Translations under genes and position numbers: made by a program
Source of the DNA: an uncultured Phycisphaerales bacterium
Lineage (GTDB): Bacteria > Planctomycetota > Phycisphaerae > Sedimentisphaerales > Anaerobacaceae
DNA: 64,000 nt
NCBI GenBank assembly: GCA_963718665.1
Contig: OY970359.1
Span: 1,728,001 to 1,792,000, forward strand
Direction: 5' to 3'
Shown here: one piece after another, positions 9,404-18,926 of the stretch
Layout of the letters: every line of letters starts with the position of its first letter
Numbering within the stretch: position 1 is the first letter of the stretch
The notes under the pieces: generated by a model
Seen by the model: only the letters and a program-made list of their open reading frames with translations
What the model was told of the DNA's origin: nothing
The model's database searches: none

Positions 9404-10261
9404 TTACTTGCAGTCATTCGGGTCTTCAAACCCGCAATTCATCCACTGACTTGAAAATATCGCAAAATCCTCAAAATCAACTTTGCAATCGCCATTAAAG
9501 TCCATTGAAGGACGATTCACACAATTCCCAGGATAGTTGATTGCAACGGCAGTAACAGTCAGCATAGGGTGCTCAGAGGTATAACCGTTGCCATAGCCAC
9601 CCCACCCCGCTTGGACAGTAGAATCGGCGGCAATTAATGCCAAGGTAAGCTGATTTGCATTTGCATCTCTGATGTGGTTGGCTATATACGTAGCGCCTTG
9701 TGAATTGGCCCCATTAGAATCAAATAGCACGTTGTTTACTTCGGGATAGCCGCTCAGGTCGTTGTAAGCAATCAATTCCACAAAAGTTCCATTGGTGTCA
9801 TGCGTGTCAGTCGTAAACTGGCCATTAATGGGATCCCGCGGCGGTGCATTATTTACCAGTGGACTCGTGTTAGCCGCTGTAATTGCTATTGTATCGTCAT
9901 CGGTAAATCTGATTGCAATAGTGCCGGGCACGCCAAAAGAGGGACCAGAATCCCATAAATTCAGGACTACTTTCTGCACCTGCCAGTTGCCTGCGCCAAG
10001 ATGCGTATTAAGTGCATTTTTGATAGTTCCGAGGTCGAAGCGGATGGCGCCCCAGCTGTTATAATCCGAACTGGGATTTTCGACATCGAGCCACTTGTAA
10101 CCATTCGGAGGTTGTGCTACACCACCCCACTCAACGGGGTAATAATATCCCGTTGTCTCATCCAGACCTTGCTGGGAAGTGGCGGTAAAATTGGGATCTG
10201 CATAAACCGCAGATGCCAATGACAGAAGAACCGCTGAAAAAATAAGTATCATCCTTTTCAT
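9404..10261 (-). CDS. Secreted protein with dockerin-like C-terminus (paralog 1)
   Basis: Signal peptide MKRMILIF...AVYA; C-terminal DFNGDCKVDFEDFAIFSSQW; paralogous to 10329-11177. Confidence 0.8.
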   Translation of the reverse strand: MKRMILIFSAVLLSLASAVYADPNFTATSQQGLDETTGYYYPVEWGGVAQPPNGYKWLDVENPSSDYNSWGAIRFDLGTIKNALNTHLGAGNWQVQKVVLNLWDSGPSFGVPGTIAIRFTDDDTIAITAANTSPLVNNAPPRDPINGQFTTDTHDTNGTFVELIAYNDLSGYPEVNNVLFDSNGANSQGATYIANHIRDANANQLTLALIAADSTVQAGWGGYGNGYTSEHPMLTVTAVAINYPGNCVNRPSMDFNGDCKVDFEDFAIFSSQWMNCGFEDPNDCK

Positions 10262-10328
10262 AATAGTTTCCTTTAAATTACAAATTTCATCAGATGTATT
10301 CGCCTCTGACATAAATTATTACTTCTTT

Positions 10329-11177
10329 CTATTTGCAGTCATTCGGATCTGCAAACCCGCAATTAAGCCATTGATCTGCAAATATTGCAAAATCCTGAAA
10401 ATCAACTTTGCAATCGCCATTAAAGTCCATTGGAGAAGGATTAATGCAAATCGCTTCGTGTGCGGCTGCAACAGCGGTAACTGTCAACATGGGATGTTCC
10501 ATTGTATAGGCACTGCCATAGCCGACCCAGCCTGCTTCGACGGAGCCGTCATCAAGGAACGCCAGGGTAAGCTTTTTTGAGCTTCTGATGTGGGCGGCTA
10601 TATACTGAGCACCTTGTGAATTAGTGCCGTTAGTGTCGAACAGCGCATACTGAATTTCGGGAAAGCCGGGTTCGGCGTTGTAAGAAATCCACTCCACCGT
10701 AGTTCCATTGCTGTCATGCGTGTCAGTGGTAAACTGACCATTAATCGGATCGAGCTCCGGTTCATACATTACCAGTGGGCTCCTGTCAGCTTTTGTAATT
10801 GGTATTGTATCGTCATCGGTAAATCTGACTTCAACCTGACCGGGGACGGCAAAACTGGGGTCACTATCCCATAAACTCAGGACTACTTTCTGCACCTGCC
10901 AGTTGCCTATGCCGAATTGCGAATTGAACGTATTTCTTATGGTTCCGAGGTCAAATCGGATTGCGGCCCAGGACTTATAATTCGCATAGCGGTTTGAAAC
11001 ATCGATATAGTTTACTGCAAGTACATCATTAGGACCGAATACCCCGCCAAACTGAGCAGTGTAATAATATCCCGATGTCTCATCCAGTCCTTGAAGTGAA
11101 CTGGCGGTCGTATTCGCATAAACTACAGACGCCAATGACAGCAGAGCTATTGAAAAAACAAGTATCATCCTTTTCAT
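10329..11177 (-). CDS. Secreted protein with dockerin-like C-terminus (paralog 2)
   Basis: Same layout as paralog 1; shared blocks AIRFDLGTI, WQVQKVVL, RFTDDDTI, PINGQFTTDTHD, EHPMLTVTAVA. Confidence 0.8.
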   Translation of the reverse strand: MKRMILVFSIALLSLASVVYANTTASSLQGLDETSGYYYTAQFGGVFGPNDVLAVNYIDVSNRYANYKSWAAIRFDLGTIRNTFNSQFGIGNWQVQKVVLSLWDSDPSFAVPGQVEVRFTDDDTIPITKADRSPLVMYEPELDPINGQFTTDTHDSNGTTVEWISYNAEPGFPEIQYALFDTNGTNSQGAQYIAAHIRSSKKLTLAFLDDGSVEAGWVGYGSAYTMEHPMLTVTAVAAAHEAICINPSPMDFNGDCKVDFQDFAIFADQWLNCGFADPNDCK

Positions 11178-11235
11178 AACATTTTCCTTTAAATTACAAA
11201 TTTCATCAGATGTATTCGCCACTGCCATAAATTAA

Positions 11236-11883
11236 TTATTTGCGACGGACAAAAAACAGACTGCCAAGGCCAAGCAGAGCCAGTGTTGCCGGCTCAGGTG
11301 TCGGAAGAACTACAGTAGCATAGTCAGGAGCGGTAATTGACAGATCATCGACCCAGATCGAGGCTGGCGTGGTTGGCGAGGGTGCAGGCGTGGCTCCGCT
11401 GCTGTAAATCCGGCACTCGAGAACAAAACCGGTGTCACCGGCTGGCATTGTCCATGTATATGAAAGCTGCGTCCATGGAGTTGCGCCACTATAGGTACTG
11501 TTGCCGCTCGCTGAACCATCATATTCCAGCGGGTTAGTGGCCGAGTTATCATAATGTCCCCAAATACGGCCGGAAGGACTTCCGCTCGGCGTGGTGTCAT
11601 AAACCCAAAAGCTGGCAGTGACGGTATCGCCGGCATTCAACCCCTGTACCCATGCGAGATAAGTATAAGCGGCTGTACTGGTAGTGTCGTCGAGCTCTAA
11701 GCTCTTCGAACCGTCATATACCTCGTTAGTTACGTTGGTTGCAATAACCGTATTGTTGGAAGTTCCCGTACCCAGGATCGTCCCACCATTTTCCCAACTG
11801 TAAACCACAGTCTGTGTGGCTTGTGCAGACATGCACATGCCGATAACCAAAAGTGCTACACTGATGCTTGTTAACTTTCTCAT
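11236..11883 (-). CDS. PEP-CTERM protein with CBM-like domain
   Basis: Signal peptide; C-terminal PEPATLALLGLGSLFFVRRK; SWENG..YDGSKSL..WVDDLSI resembles a galactose-binding-like fold. Confidence 0.85.
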   Translation of the reverse strand: MRKLTSISVALLVIGMCMSAQATQTVVYSWENGGTILGTGTSNNTVIATNVTNEVYDGSKSLELDDTTSTAAYTYLAWVQGLNAGDTVTASFWVYDTTPSGSPSGRIWGHYDNSATNPLEYDGSASGNSTYSGATPWTQLSYTWTMPAGDTGFVLECRIYSSGATPAPSPTTPASIWVDDLSITAPDYATVVLPTPEPATLALLGLGSLFFVRRK

Positions 11884-11968
11884 TTTCGTCACCCCTTTCA
11901 AAAAAACACTCTCTCTATGATTGCCGAACACACGTCCAGCTTATTATGCCGCTTTTATAAAGGGTCGT

Positions 11969-12061
11969 TGTTATGAGAAGATAAATATATTGTTAAAAAT
12001 AGAATAAAATCGCATTAGCGACATGTTTAGGATTTGTTTTCTGGGGATTAGAAATGAGGTA
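11969..12061 (-). promoter_or_regulatory. Extended 11-bp-period Pho-box-like array
   Basis: + strand pentamers at exact 11-bp spacing: TGTTA 11969, GATAA, TGTTA 11991, GAATA, CATTA, TGTTT 12024, TGTTT, GATTA 12046, AGGTA 12057. Confidence 0.55.
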
Positions 12062-12088
12062 GAAACTTACTTTTTTACGTGAAATCAT

Positions 12089-13024
12089 TCACTTTGCATT
12101 TACTTTGGAGGGCACTTTTGCCATATTATCTATTTGCTCTCGATGATCCCATGATGGCAATTTAACGTTTTTCGAGTCATTCCAGGCCGTTAAAAATAAC
12201 TGCGCCGTAAACCGTGAGGTCTGCTCATATTCCTGGCTTGCGAATTCGGCTACACTTGAACCGCATTCAATTGGCTCGTCAAATTTTGGCAGGTCTGCTT
12301 CCAATTCATAAACCTTTGAAATCCGGCTGTGACTATCCTTCAGTTGATTTATAATGCCTGCCCATAAATCAGTGAATGGCATAATTTGATTTTGGTTATT
12401 ATCAGGTTTGCTGTTGCAATCTGGAACCTTGCCGATAAGTGCATCTACCTTAAGGTGTATTCCTGTTTTAGGAGACGGCAAATTAGGGTATGTGATTTTA
12501 CCGTCATAATGGATAGTGGTGTGCAAGGGCATGCATAAATCCTGAGCATAGTGGGCAAGATTTCCTGCGTAAATGAGGCATTTGGCCTGTATAATTTCAT
12601 TTTGCGGCCATTTTCGATGCTCCGCAAATGCAATTGTTAATCTCTGTGTCCACTCTATAACTGCATAGGGAACAGTGCCAACTTTATCGGCTGTCGTCTT
12701 GTTGCTTATGCACAATTGCGTGAATTGTCTTCGAGTATTTGGAAGTTCTTCGCCCTTTAACATCTCAAGATCGATAAAATGCTCAGGTGATTCACTTTCA
12801 TTTAACTGTCTTGATTCTAATGGAATCTTGAATACGTCCGGATCACCAGAACAGTGCACCGCAGCGGATGCACCCTTGACAAAAAAATCAGGCAGATTTC
12901 CCCTGGCCAATTCAATCGCATGTTTTGTGGCGCACGCGTGACCTTCGGCAAGCCAGGCAAGACACTGAGATGCCGTCATGAACAACAAAACAAAGACAGC
13001 AACTGTAATTATTTTTCTTCGCAT
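12089..13024 (-). CDS. Secreted S1/P1 nuclease (phospholipase C/P1 nuclease fold)
   Basis: Signal peptide then mature N-terminal WLAEGH; HFIDLE; AHYAQDLCMPLH; GIHLKVD zinc ligands. Confidence 0.85.
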   Translation of the reverse strand: MRRKIITVAVFVLLFMTASQCLAWLAEGHACATKHAIELARGNLPDFFVKGASAAVHCSGDPDVFKIPLESRQLNESESPEHFIDLEMLKGEELPNTRRQFTQLCISNKTTADKVGTVPYAVIEWTQRLTIAFAEHRKWPQNEIIQAKCLIYAGNLAHYAQDLCMPLHTTIHYDGKITYPNLPSPKTGIHLKVDALIGKVPDCNSKPDNNQNQIMPFTDLWAGIINQLKDSHSRISKVYELEADLPKFDEPIECGSSVAEFASQEYEQTSRFTAQLFLTAWNDSKNVKLPSWDHREQIDNMAKVPSKVNAK

Positions 13025-13047
13025 ATATTGATATTTGATGCTCTCCC

Positions 13048-13085
13048 TGTTAAAATAGAATCAATTATTCGTTTTTTTTCAGTTA
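13048..13085 (-). promoter_or_regulatory. 11-bp-period Pho-box-like repeats
   Basis: TGTTA 13048, AATCA 13059, CGTTT 13070, AGTTA 13081. Confidence 0.45.
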
Positions 13086-13134
13086 ATATTTTCATATCAT
13101 GCCAAGACCTATATTCAAAGTTGCAAAGGAACTA

Positions 13135-14030
13135 CTACGGTGCTGGCACCTTCAACTTCATGCTCGTGGGATGCAGGATCGCTATCGAGTTTGGGCCTAT
13201 TAGTTTTTCCCACTCTCCATATACCGGGTTCGGCAGGACGAACCAGTCCTCACCCCAATGGCACACAGCATCATCGGCCAACGATTCCCGATGCTCGATT
13301 GCCTTAAGATAATCCTCCGGCATGGCATCGTTGGGTAGTTTCTTTGCTGCGAATGATTCAGAAAAATCGCGGAGATTATCCCCGAAATACATCAAGACGT
13401 TGTATTTCGCTGCAACCGCTTCGCGGCGTGGCGATTTGTCCGACGATCCGCTTTTCGGCTTGAGATAGAGACGGCCTGCAAGATTGGTCGTAGCGATTCC
13501 GAGCCTTTCGAGAGCACTCTCCGTCGATTTCTTGTACAATTCAGAACGGTTGGAGATAAAGACAACAGTCACTCCAAGCGATTCGGCTTTTTCGATGAAC
13601 TGCTTTGCACCGGGTATCAAGGTAACGTCCTGCGAGTAATTCTCCTCGTAATCAGCCCATAGGTCTTCCGTATACTCCAGGTTGTTCGAATAGAGAAACG
13701 TCTGAAAAGCAGAGTTACCAAAAACAGTCTCATCCAGGTCCATGACAACTGTAGGTTTCGTGAATTTCGGGTTAGCCCTTTCAAGAACCATTTCCAGCCG
13801 TAGTTCCGCGCATTTGTATATCTCATAGCAGCATGCCCGATATTCGGCGGACGTCTGGAGATAAATATTTCCCCCAACCTCGCCGACATCGGAAAGACGG
13901 GAACCTCTGCTTTTTGGGTAAACATCGGGTCTGCCAGCACATTTGTCGGATTATGATTACCCCAGAGCCAGCCGATTAAGATGCATACCGAGCATGTAAG
14001 TAGGAATTTGCCTCGTATCATGTCACGCAT
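13135..14030 (-). CDS. Class C acid phosphatase / 5'-nucleotidase, e(P4) family (frameshift at ~13871-13875)
   Basis: HAD motifs MDLDETV, ISNR, GDNLRDF, LPNPVYGEW. The N-terminal ORF joins the YLQTSAEYRA frame if one G is added to a G5 run. Confidence 0.85.
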
Positions 14031-14062
14031 AAGTTCCTCCTATTGACCTAATTATGTGTCTT

Positions 14063-14431
14063 TCAAATGGCTTTCTTAGATTCACCTTGTTCATAAATAC
14101 TGCCAAGCTTTTGGCTATTCCGTAACGGGGAGCAGTATATTATACTACCTACCGCTAATTCCTGCTCAAGCTCGTCTTCTGTCTTTAGGGATGCGGGCTT
14201 ATGAGATTTCATAATATGACTCGCCAATTTTTCAAAATCTTCGGACTCGAAGCCGCAGTCACAGCATCGCCAGAAATCCCCGTGAAAGGCAGGCAATTGC
14301 AACTGGTGTTTTATCAGCTCAAAAAAGATTCCAAGCTCCCTTTCATCAAAGAAGCCCGGTGGGACTACTCTCTCCGAAGGCAAAATGCCAAAATCCGAAC
14401 GTCGTTTAGCTGGTACTGCCCTGATTCCCAT
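14063..14431 (-). CDS. Small C2H2 zinc-finger-like protein
   Basis: CCDCGF..LASHIMKSH; GGAGG Shine-Dalgarno. Confidence 0.6.
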   Translation of the reverse strand: MGIRAVPAKRRSDFGILPSERVVPPGFFDERELGIFFELIKHQLQLPAFHGDFWRCCDCGFESEDFEKLASHIMKSHKPASLKTEDELEQELAVGSIIYCSPLRNSQKLGSIYEQGESKKAI

Positions 14432-14733
14432 TTTTAAACCTCCTTGTGTAAATTGGCCATATAATCACACAAAGTACTCAGGTCATCGTTACTTGTTGAT
14501 TATTGAGTGTAGAAATGAGGTGTTAGTGTGGTGTTAGATTCTGTTGTTTTTCGGATTAATTGTTCAGTGTCTTACGATACTTGAGGGGAGAATTATAGCG
14601 CACTTTTACGGCCAGATGAATTTTTGGGTAGGACAGGTTTATAGAAGACAGAACATACTATTACCTGTGTATTTGACTGTAATCGCAACCACTTTTGTGC
14701 CGATAATATCTTTAGCAATAAGAGGATTAACTT

Positions 14734-15543
14734 ATGAACCTGATAGAAAAACTAACGGTCAAACCCGGACATAAGGCAAAACTGGCCGACTGGGACCCGG
14801 ATTGCACGGGCAAATACGAGAACAAGGAACAGGCGATACCGGTAATGGATAACTTAGCCGGTAGGATAGCGAAACTGCAATACCTCCTCTTCGCAGAAAA
14901 CAAGCGGGCGATGTTGATAGTGCTTCAGGCGATGGACGCGGGCGGCAAAGACGGGACAATCCGAACGGTGATGGGGCCGATGAACCCGCAAAGCTGCAAG
15001 GTTACGTCATTCAAGGAGCCGACGGAGGAAGAGCTGGCGCACGATTTTCTCTGGCGAGTTCACAGGTTTATTCCTCGCAAGGGCGAGGTGCGTATATTTA
15101 ACCGCTCGCATTATGAGGATGTGCTGATTGTCCGGGTGCATAATCTTGTGCCAAAAGATATATGGTCGAAGCGGTTCGAGCAGATAAATAATTTTGAAAA
15201 GCTGTTAGTTGAAAGCGATATCCACGTTATCAAGTTTTTCCTGCATATAAGCAAGGGCGAGCAGAAGAAGCGTTTCAAGGAACGCCTTGATGACCCGACA
15301 AAGAACTGGAAGGCCGAGCCCGGAGATTTCGAAGAGAGAAAATACTGGGAAGAATATACCAAGGCATACGAGGACGTGCTGACCAAATGCAGCACTGATT
15401 ATGCCCCATGGTATGTTATACCCGCCAATCACAAGTGGTTCAGGAACGTGGCCATTTCGGAAATACTGGTTCATGAATTTGAGAAGTTAAAAATGAGATT
15501 TCCGGAACCACGCTATGATATTTCTAAGCTGAAGATTAAGTAG
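14734..15543 (+). CDS. ppk2: Polyphosphate kinase 2 family (polyP:nucleotide phosphotransferase)
   Basis: QAMDAGGKDGTI, HDFLWR, IFNRSHYEDVL, APWYVIPANHKW. Confidence 0.93.
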   Translation: MNLIEKLTVKPGHKAKLADWDPDCTGKYENKEQAIPVMDNLAGRIAKLQYLLFAENKRAMLIVLQAMDAGGKDGTIRTVMGPMNPQSCKVTSFKEPTEEELAHDFLWRVHRFIPRKGEVRIFNRSHYEDVLIVRVHNLVPKDIWSKRFEQINNFEKLLVESDIHVIKFFLHISKGEQKKRFKERLDDPTKNWKAEPGDFEERKYWEEYTKAYEDVLTKCSTDYAPWYVIPANHKWFRNVAISEILVHEFEKLKMRFPEPRYDISKLKIK

Positions 15544-15618
15544 CGTTTTATCGTGGGTTACCCTTTTAAGTTCCTGAAACGGGATTTTATAAGGTATGTT
15601 TAGGTGAAGGCCATTCCC

Positions 15619-15656
15619 TAACACAATTATAACAGGGAAATAACAATTCGCTAATC
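15619..15656 (+). promoter_or_regulatory. Pho-box-like direct repeats upstream of the polyP operon
   Basis: TAACA at 15619, 15630 and 15641 and TAATC at 15652, all at 11-bp spacing. Confidence 0.65.
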
Positions 15657-15769
15657 AATAAATCCGATAATATAGCCCGATATAGCAATAGATGGCTGAC
15701 GGTCTTGCCGATGTTAAATTAGGCAAGAATGTGTCAGGATAAAAGAATAGTCCCAATGAGGGTAATAAA

Positions 15770-16414
15770 TTGAAGACAGCGGCGATACTTGAAGATGCGA
15801 TTAGGTTATGCGGAGAGGATTATTTCGAGCAGCAGCACGCTGTGCAGGTCGCTAAATTATCGCTTAAACTTTTCGATTGCCTTGGGCCATTGTACCGGAT
15901 GGGCAACAGCGAAAGGATTTGGCTTCGGATTGCTTCTTTGTTGCACGACGTGGGCAAGAGTGTAAGCGGCGAATATCACCACAAGGCGTCGCGAGATATC
16001 ATAGTCAATGAGGCAAATTTGCCATTCAGAAAGCGCATCCGCAAAATGATTGGGCTTATCGCTCGGTATCATAAGGGGATGATGCCGAAGGACACGCACA
16101 AGTATTATCGCGGATTGAAAGATGATGAGAAGCAATGTGTAAAAGTATTGGCGGCGATTCTTCGGCTTGCGGATGGTTTGGACGCGGGGCACGAAGGATT
16201 GGTTACCGATCTGGCCTGCGAGGTTCAGCGAAAACGTATGGTCCTTTATATCCTCGGCGAGGACGGCGTTGATTTGCGCAAGGTCGTAAAAAAGGCGGAT
16301 TTGTTCGAGCAGGTATTCGGATGCGAAGTTGAGGCAAGGACGGCTGCGGCGGGGAAGGTTCGCGACATAAATCTTGATTCCAGTCGCTCAAAAGTGTATG
16401 CTCACGCAGCATAG
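15770..16414 (+). CDS. Stand-alone HD-domain protein (Ppx C-terminal-like)
   Basis: HAVQV, LLHDVGK, HHK, IARYH, LRLADGLD. Confidence 0.85.
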   Translation: MKTAAILEDAIRLCGEDYFEQQHAVQVAKLSLKLFDCLGPLYRMGNSERIWLRIASLLHDVGKSVSGEYHHKASRDIIVNEANLPFRKRIRKMIGLIARYHKGMMPKDTHKYYRGLKDDEKQCVKVLAAILRLADGLDAGHEGLVTDLACEVQRKRMVLYILGEDGVDLRKVVKKADLFEQVFGCEVEARTAAAGKVRDINLDSSRSKVYAHAA

Positions 16415-16442
16415 GGTGTACAAAGATAAGCGAGTTATCTTT

Positions 16443-17180
16443 ATGGGACGACTGGTAATACTTTCGGGGCCGTCGTGTGTCGGCAAAGGCCCGTTTCACA
16501 GAGCGCTCAAGGTATTTTACCCGCAATTGGCCGGCGAATTGAAAAAGATCGTGCTTTACGACAGCCGCGCACCCAGGCCAGGCGAGGTTGACGGCGTTGA
16601 TTTCCACTTCCGAACACGCGAATATATCGAGCAACTGCGCAGCAAGGATAATTTTCTCGTTACCGACGTGCGGGGCGATTTGCAGGCGCTCGACCTGAAG
16701 TATTTGCGGGAGACGAGTGCCACGGGTAATGCTTTTTTCGAGGGCAACCCGATTATAGGCAGGGAGCTTATGAGTTTGACTCGACGGGAAAAGATTACCT
16801 GCCTAAGTGTATTTTTATCGCCTTTATCAATAGCGGAGATTGAGGATATCAGGAGCAGGCGCGATATTAATTTTGAAATGACGCTGACTGATATGATGCG
16901 GCGAAAATTGCTGCGGCGAACAAAAAAACAGAAGGGCATACTGTCGCTTGTGGACCTTGAGAATATCGAGGTTCGCGCGGCGAGCGCCTATAAGGAAATG
17001 AAAGAGGCGTGGCGTTACGATTTTGTTATACCAAACCACGACGGCGAGGACAGTGAAAACTGGGACGCGTTTGGTTGTCCGGTAGGCAATGCGAGAGCCG
17101 CGTTATTGTGTTTTGCCGAGATTTTGAGCGGTGGCAATCCGGCTTATGCCCGGAAATGGTCGGAAGGGCTGCTGCCTTAG
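16443..17180 (+). CDS. Guanylate kinase-like P-loop kinase
   Basis: LVILSGPSCVGKG and SRAPRPGEVDGVDFHF. Confidence 0.75.
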   Translation: MGRLVILSGPSCVGKGPFHRALKVFYPQLAGELKKIVLYDSRAPRPGEVDGVDFHFRTREYIEQLRSKDNFLVTDVRGDLQALDLKYLRETSATGNAFFEGNPIIGRELMSLTRREKITCLSVFLSPLSIAEIEDIRSRRDINFEMTLTDMMRRKLLRRTKKQKGILSLVDLENIEVRAASAYKEMKEAWRYDFVIPNHDGEDSENWDAFGCPVGNARAALLCFAEILSGGNPAYARKWSEGLLP

Positions 17181-17196
17181 AAATGGAGTCGATTTG

Positions 17197-18252
17197 GTGG
17201 CTGGTTCGAGCGAAATAACGACGGTTGATACGAGTTATCAATTTCTGGCGTGCCAGTATATCAAGACGCAGATACGTGAGTTGAGCCGGCATCTGCGAGG
17301 TGCCCGGCTTGCGCGGGATACCGAGTATGTTCACCAGGCCCGGGTCGCTTCTCGCCGGCTGCGGGCGGCGCTGGGGATGTTTAGCGGGTGTTTTCCCGGT
17401 GCGCGGATGAAAAAATGGCAAAAGCAGATTAAACAGCTGACCAGCCGGCTTGGCGCAGCCAGAGACGCCGACGTGCAGATTGAGTTTCTCAAGGATTTCA
17501 TATCGAAAATTCCCCCCGCGGGCAAGGGCTTGAGGCCCGGGCTGCGAAGGGTAATGCTGCGGGTAAAACAGAAACGCAACCGTATCCAGCCAAAAATCGT
17601 TAAGGTCTTAAACCGCATAAAAAAAGACGGGACCATATTGGATATGCGTGCGGAAATGAAACGCACCGAAAGACGGCTGTCCCAGCAGAATATTGATATT
17701 CGCAGCCCGTATGTTTTTGAAGAGGCCAGAAGGCATATCGAAGGGCGGCTCGAAGGATTACTTTCCTGCCAGAAGTGTCTTGAGAACGCAGACGATAAGG
17801 CGGGACATCACCAGATGAGAATCGCCGCCAAACGGCTGCGTTATACGCTGGAGATTTGCAATCTACCTTTTGAAAGACGGCTAAGCGCCAATATCGAGAT
17901 TATGAAGAGGATGCAGTCGCTTCTTGGCAGGGTACACGATTGCGACGTGTGGCTTGAAGACCTTGCGAAGTTCACCGGCAAGGAGAAAAAGCGGACGGTC
18001 AAATACTTCGGCAGCGAAAGGGCGTTTGGCCGGCTAAGACCGGGAATTGAATATCTTGTAGGACGTCGGCACGCCGACAGGGAATTGTTCTTCGAGAGGA
18101 GCAGGGCATTGTGGAGGGAAATCACCGAGGCGGCTTTGCCGGATAATCTTCGCGCGATGATTCAAACACCCTCCTCACGGTCGCAGCGTGCTTCAGGGAT
18201 TGATAAGAAAGCGGCTTCACGGGACAACAGCCGATGCGAAAAAAAGAAATAA
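17197..18252 (+). CDS. CHAD domain (polyphosphate-binding) protein
   Basis: EYVHQARVASRRLRA, LGAARDADV, HQMRIAAKRLRY, LGRVHDCDV. Start uncertain (17194 or 17197, after GGAG). Confidence 0.9.
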   Translation: MAGSSEITTVDTSYQFLACQYIKTQIRELSRHLRGARLARDTEYVHQARVASRRLRAALGMFSGCFPGARMKKWQKQIKQLTSRLGAARDADVQIEFLKDFISKIPPAGKGLRPGLRRVMLRVKQKRNRIQPKIVKVLNRIKKDGTILDMRAEMKRTERRLSQQNIDIRSPYVFEEARRHIEGRLEGLLSCQKCLENADDKAGHHQMRIAAKRLRYTLEICNLPFERRLSANIEIMKRMQSLLGRVHDCDVWLEDLAKFTGKEKKRTVKYFGSERAFGRLRPGIEYLVGRRHADRELFFERSRALWREITEAALPDNLRAMIQTPSSRSQRASGIDKKAASRDNSRCEKKK

Positions 18253-18866
18253 TAGCTGCGATTGTCAGCGACGTGCACGGCAATTTGCCCGCGCTGGAGG
18301 CGGTGCTTGCCCTGGCAAGGAAATGCAACTATGAGCGGGAACATACCCATCAGGTTGAAAAACTGGCGTTGCAGCTTTTCGATCAACTCGTTGAGCTGCA
18401 TCACTTAGGAGGCCGGGAGAGGTTTATGCTTCGCTGCGGCGCTTTGCTTCACGACATCGGCTGGATTGAGGGTAAGCAGGGACATCACAAGACCGCCCTG
18501 AGAATTATTATGGAAAACGCCGCCCTGCCGTTTGATTTTCGTGACAAAAGCATCATTGCTCTTCTGGCACGATATCACCGCAAGACCTTGCCAAAGGAAC
18601 AGCACACTTATTTTCGAGACCTTGACACAAAAGACCGGGATATGGTCCGCAAACTGGCGGGCATATTGAGAGTTGCCGACGGGCTAGACCGGACGCACCG
18701 AAGCATGACCAAGGATATAATCTGCCGGGTTGGTAAAAAGCAGGTAAAAATGATATGTAACTCGAAAGAGCCGCTGGATGCCGAGTTTGATGCAGCAAAA
18801 GACAAAGGTGTGCTTTTTGAAGATATATTCGCCAGAAAACTGGTGTTCGAACGCGTGACGTGTTGA
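18234..18866 (+). CDS. HD-domain protein carrying an N-terminal metallophosphoesterase stub
   Basis: IVSDVHGNLPALEAVL immediately followed by EHTHQV, LLHDIGW, HHK, RYH, LRVADGLD. Confidence 0.8.
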   Translation: MRKKEIIAAIVSDVHGNLPALEAVLALARKCNYEREHTHQVEKLALQLFDQLVELHHLGGRERFMLRCGALLHDIGWIEGKQGHHKTALRIIMENAALPFDFRDKSIIALLARYHRKTLPKEQHTYFRDLDTKDRDMVRKLAGILRVADGLDRTHRSMTKDIICRVGKKQVKMICNSKEPLDAEFDAAKDKGVLFEDIFARKLVFERVTC

Positions 18867-18926
18867 TAATTGATTATAGGCCTTTTTGGCTTTAACGGAT
18901 TTAAGCTTTAGGTTATGAGGGTTAAG

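Noticed and set aside
14544..14774. 76-aa + strand ORF before ppk2
   Set aside because: TTG start, overlaps the promoter region and the ppk2 start, no recognisable features.
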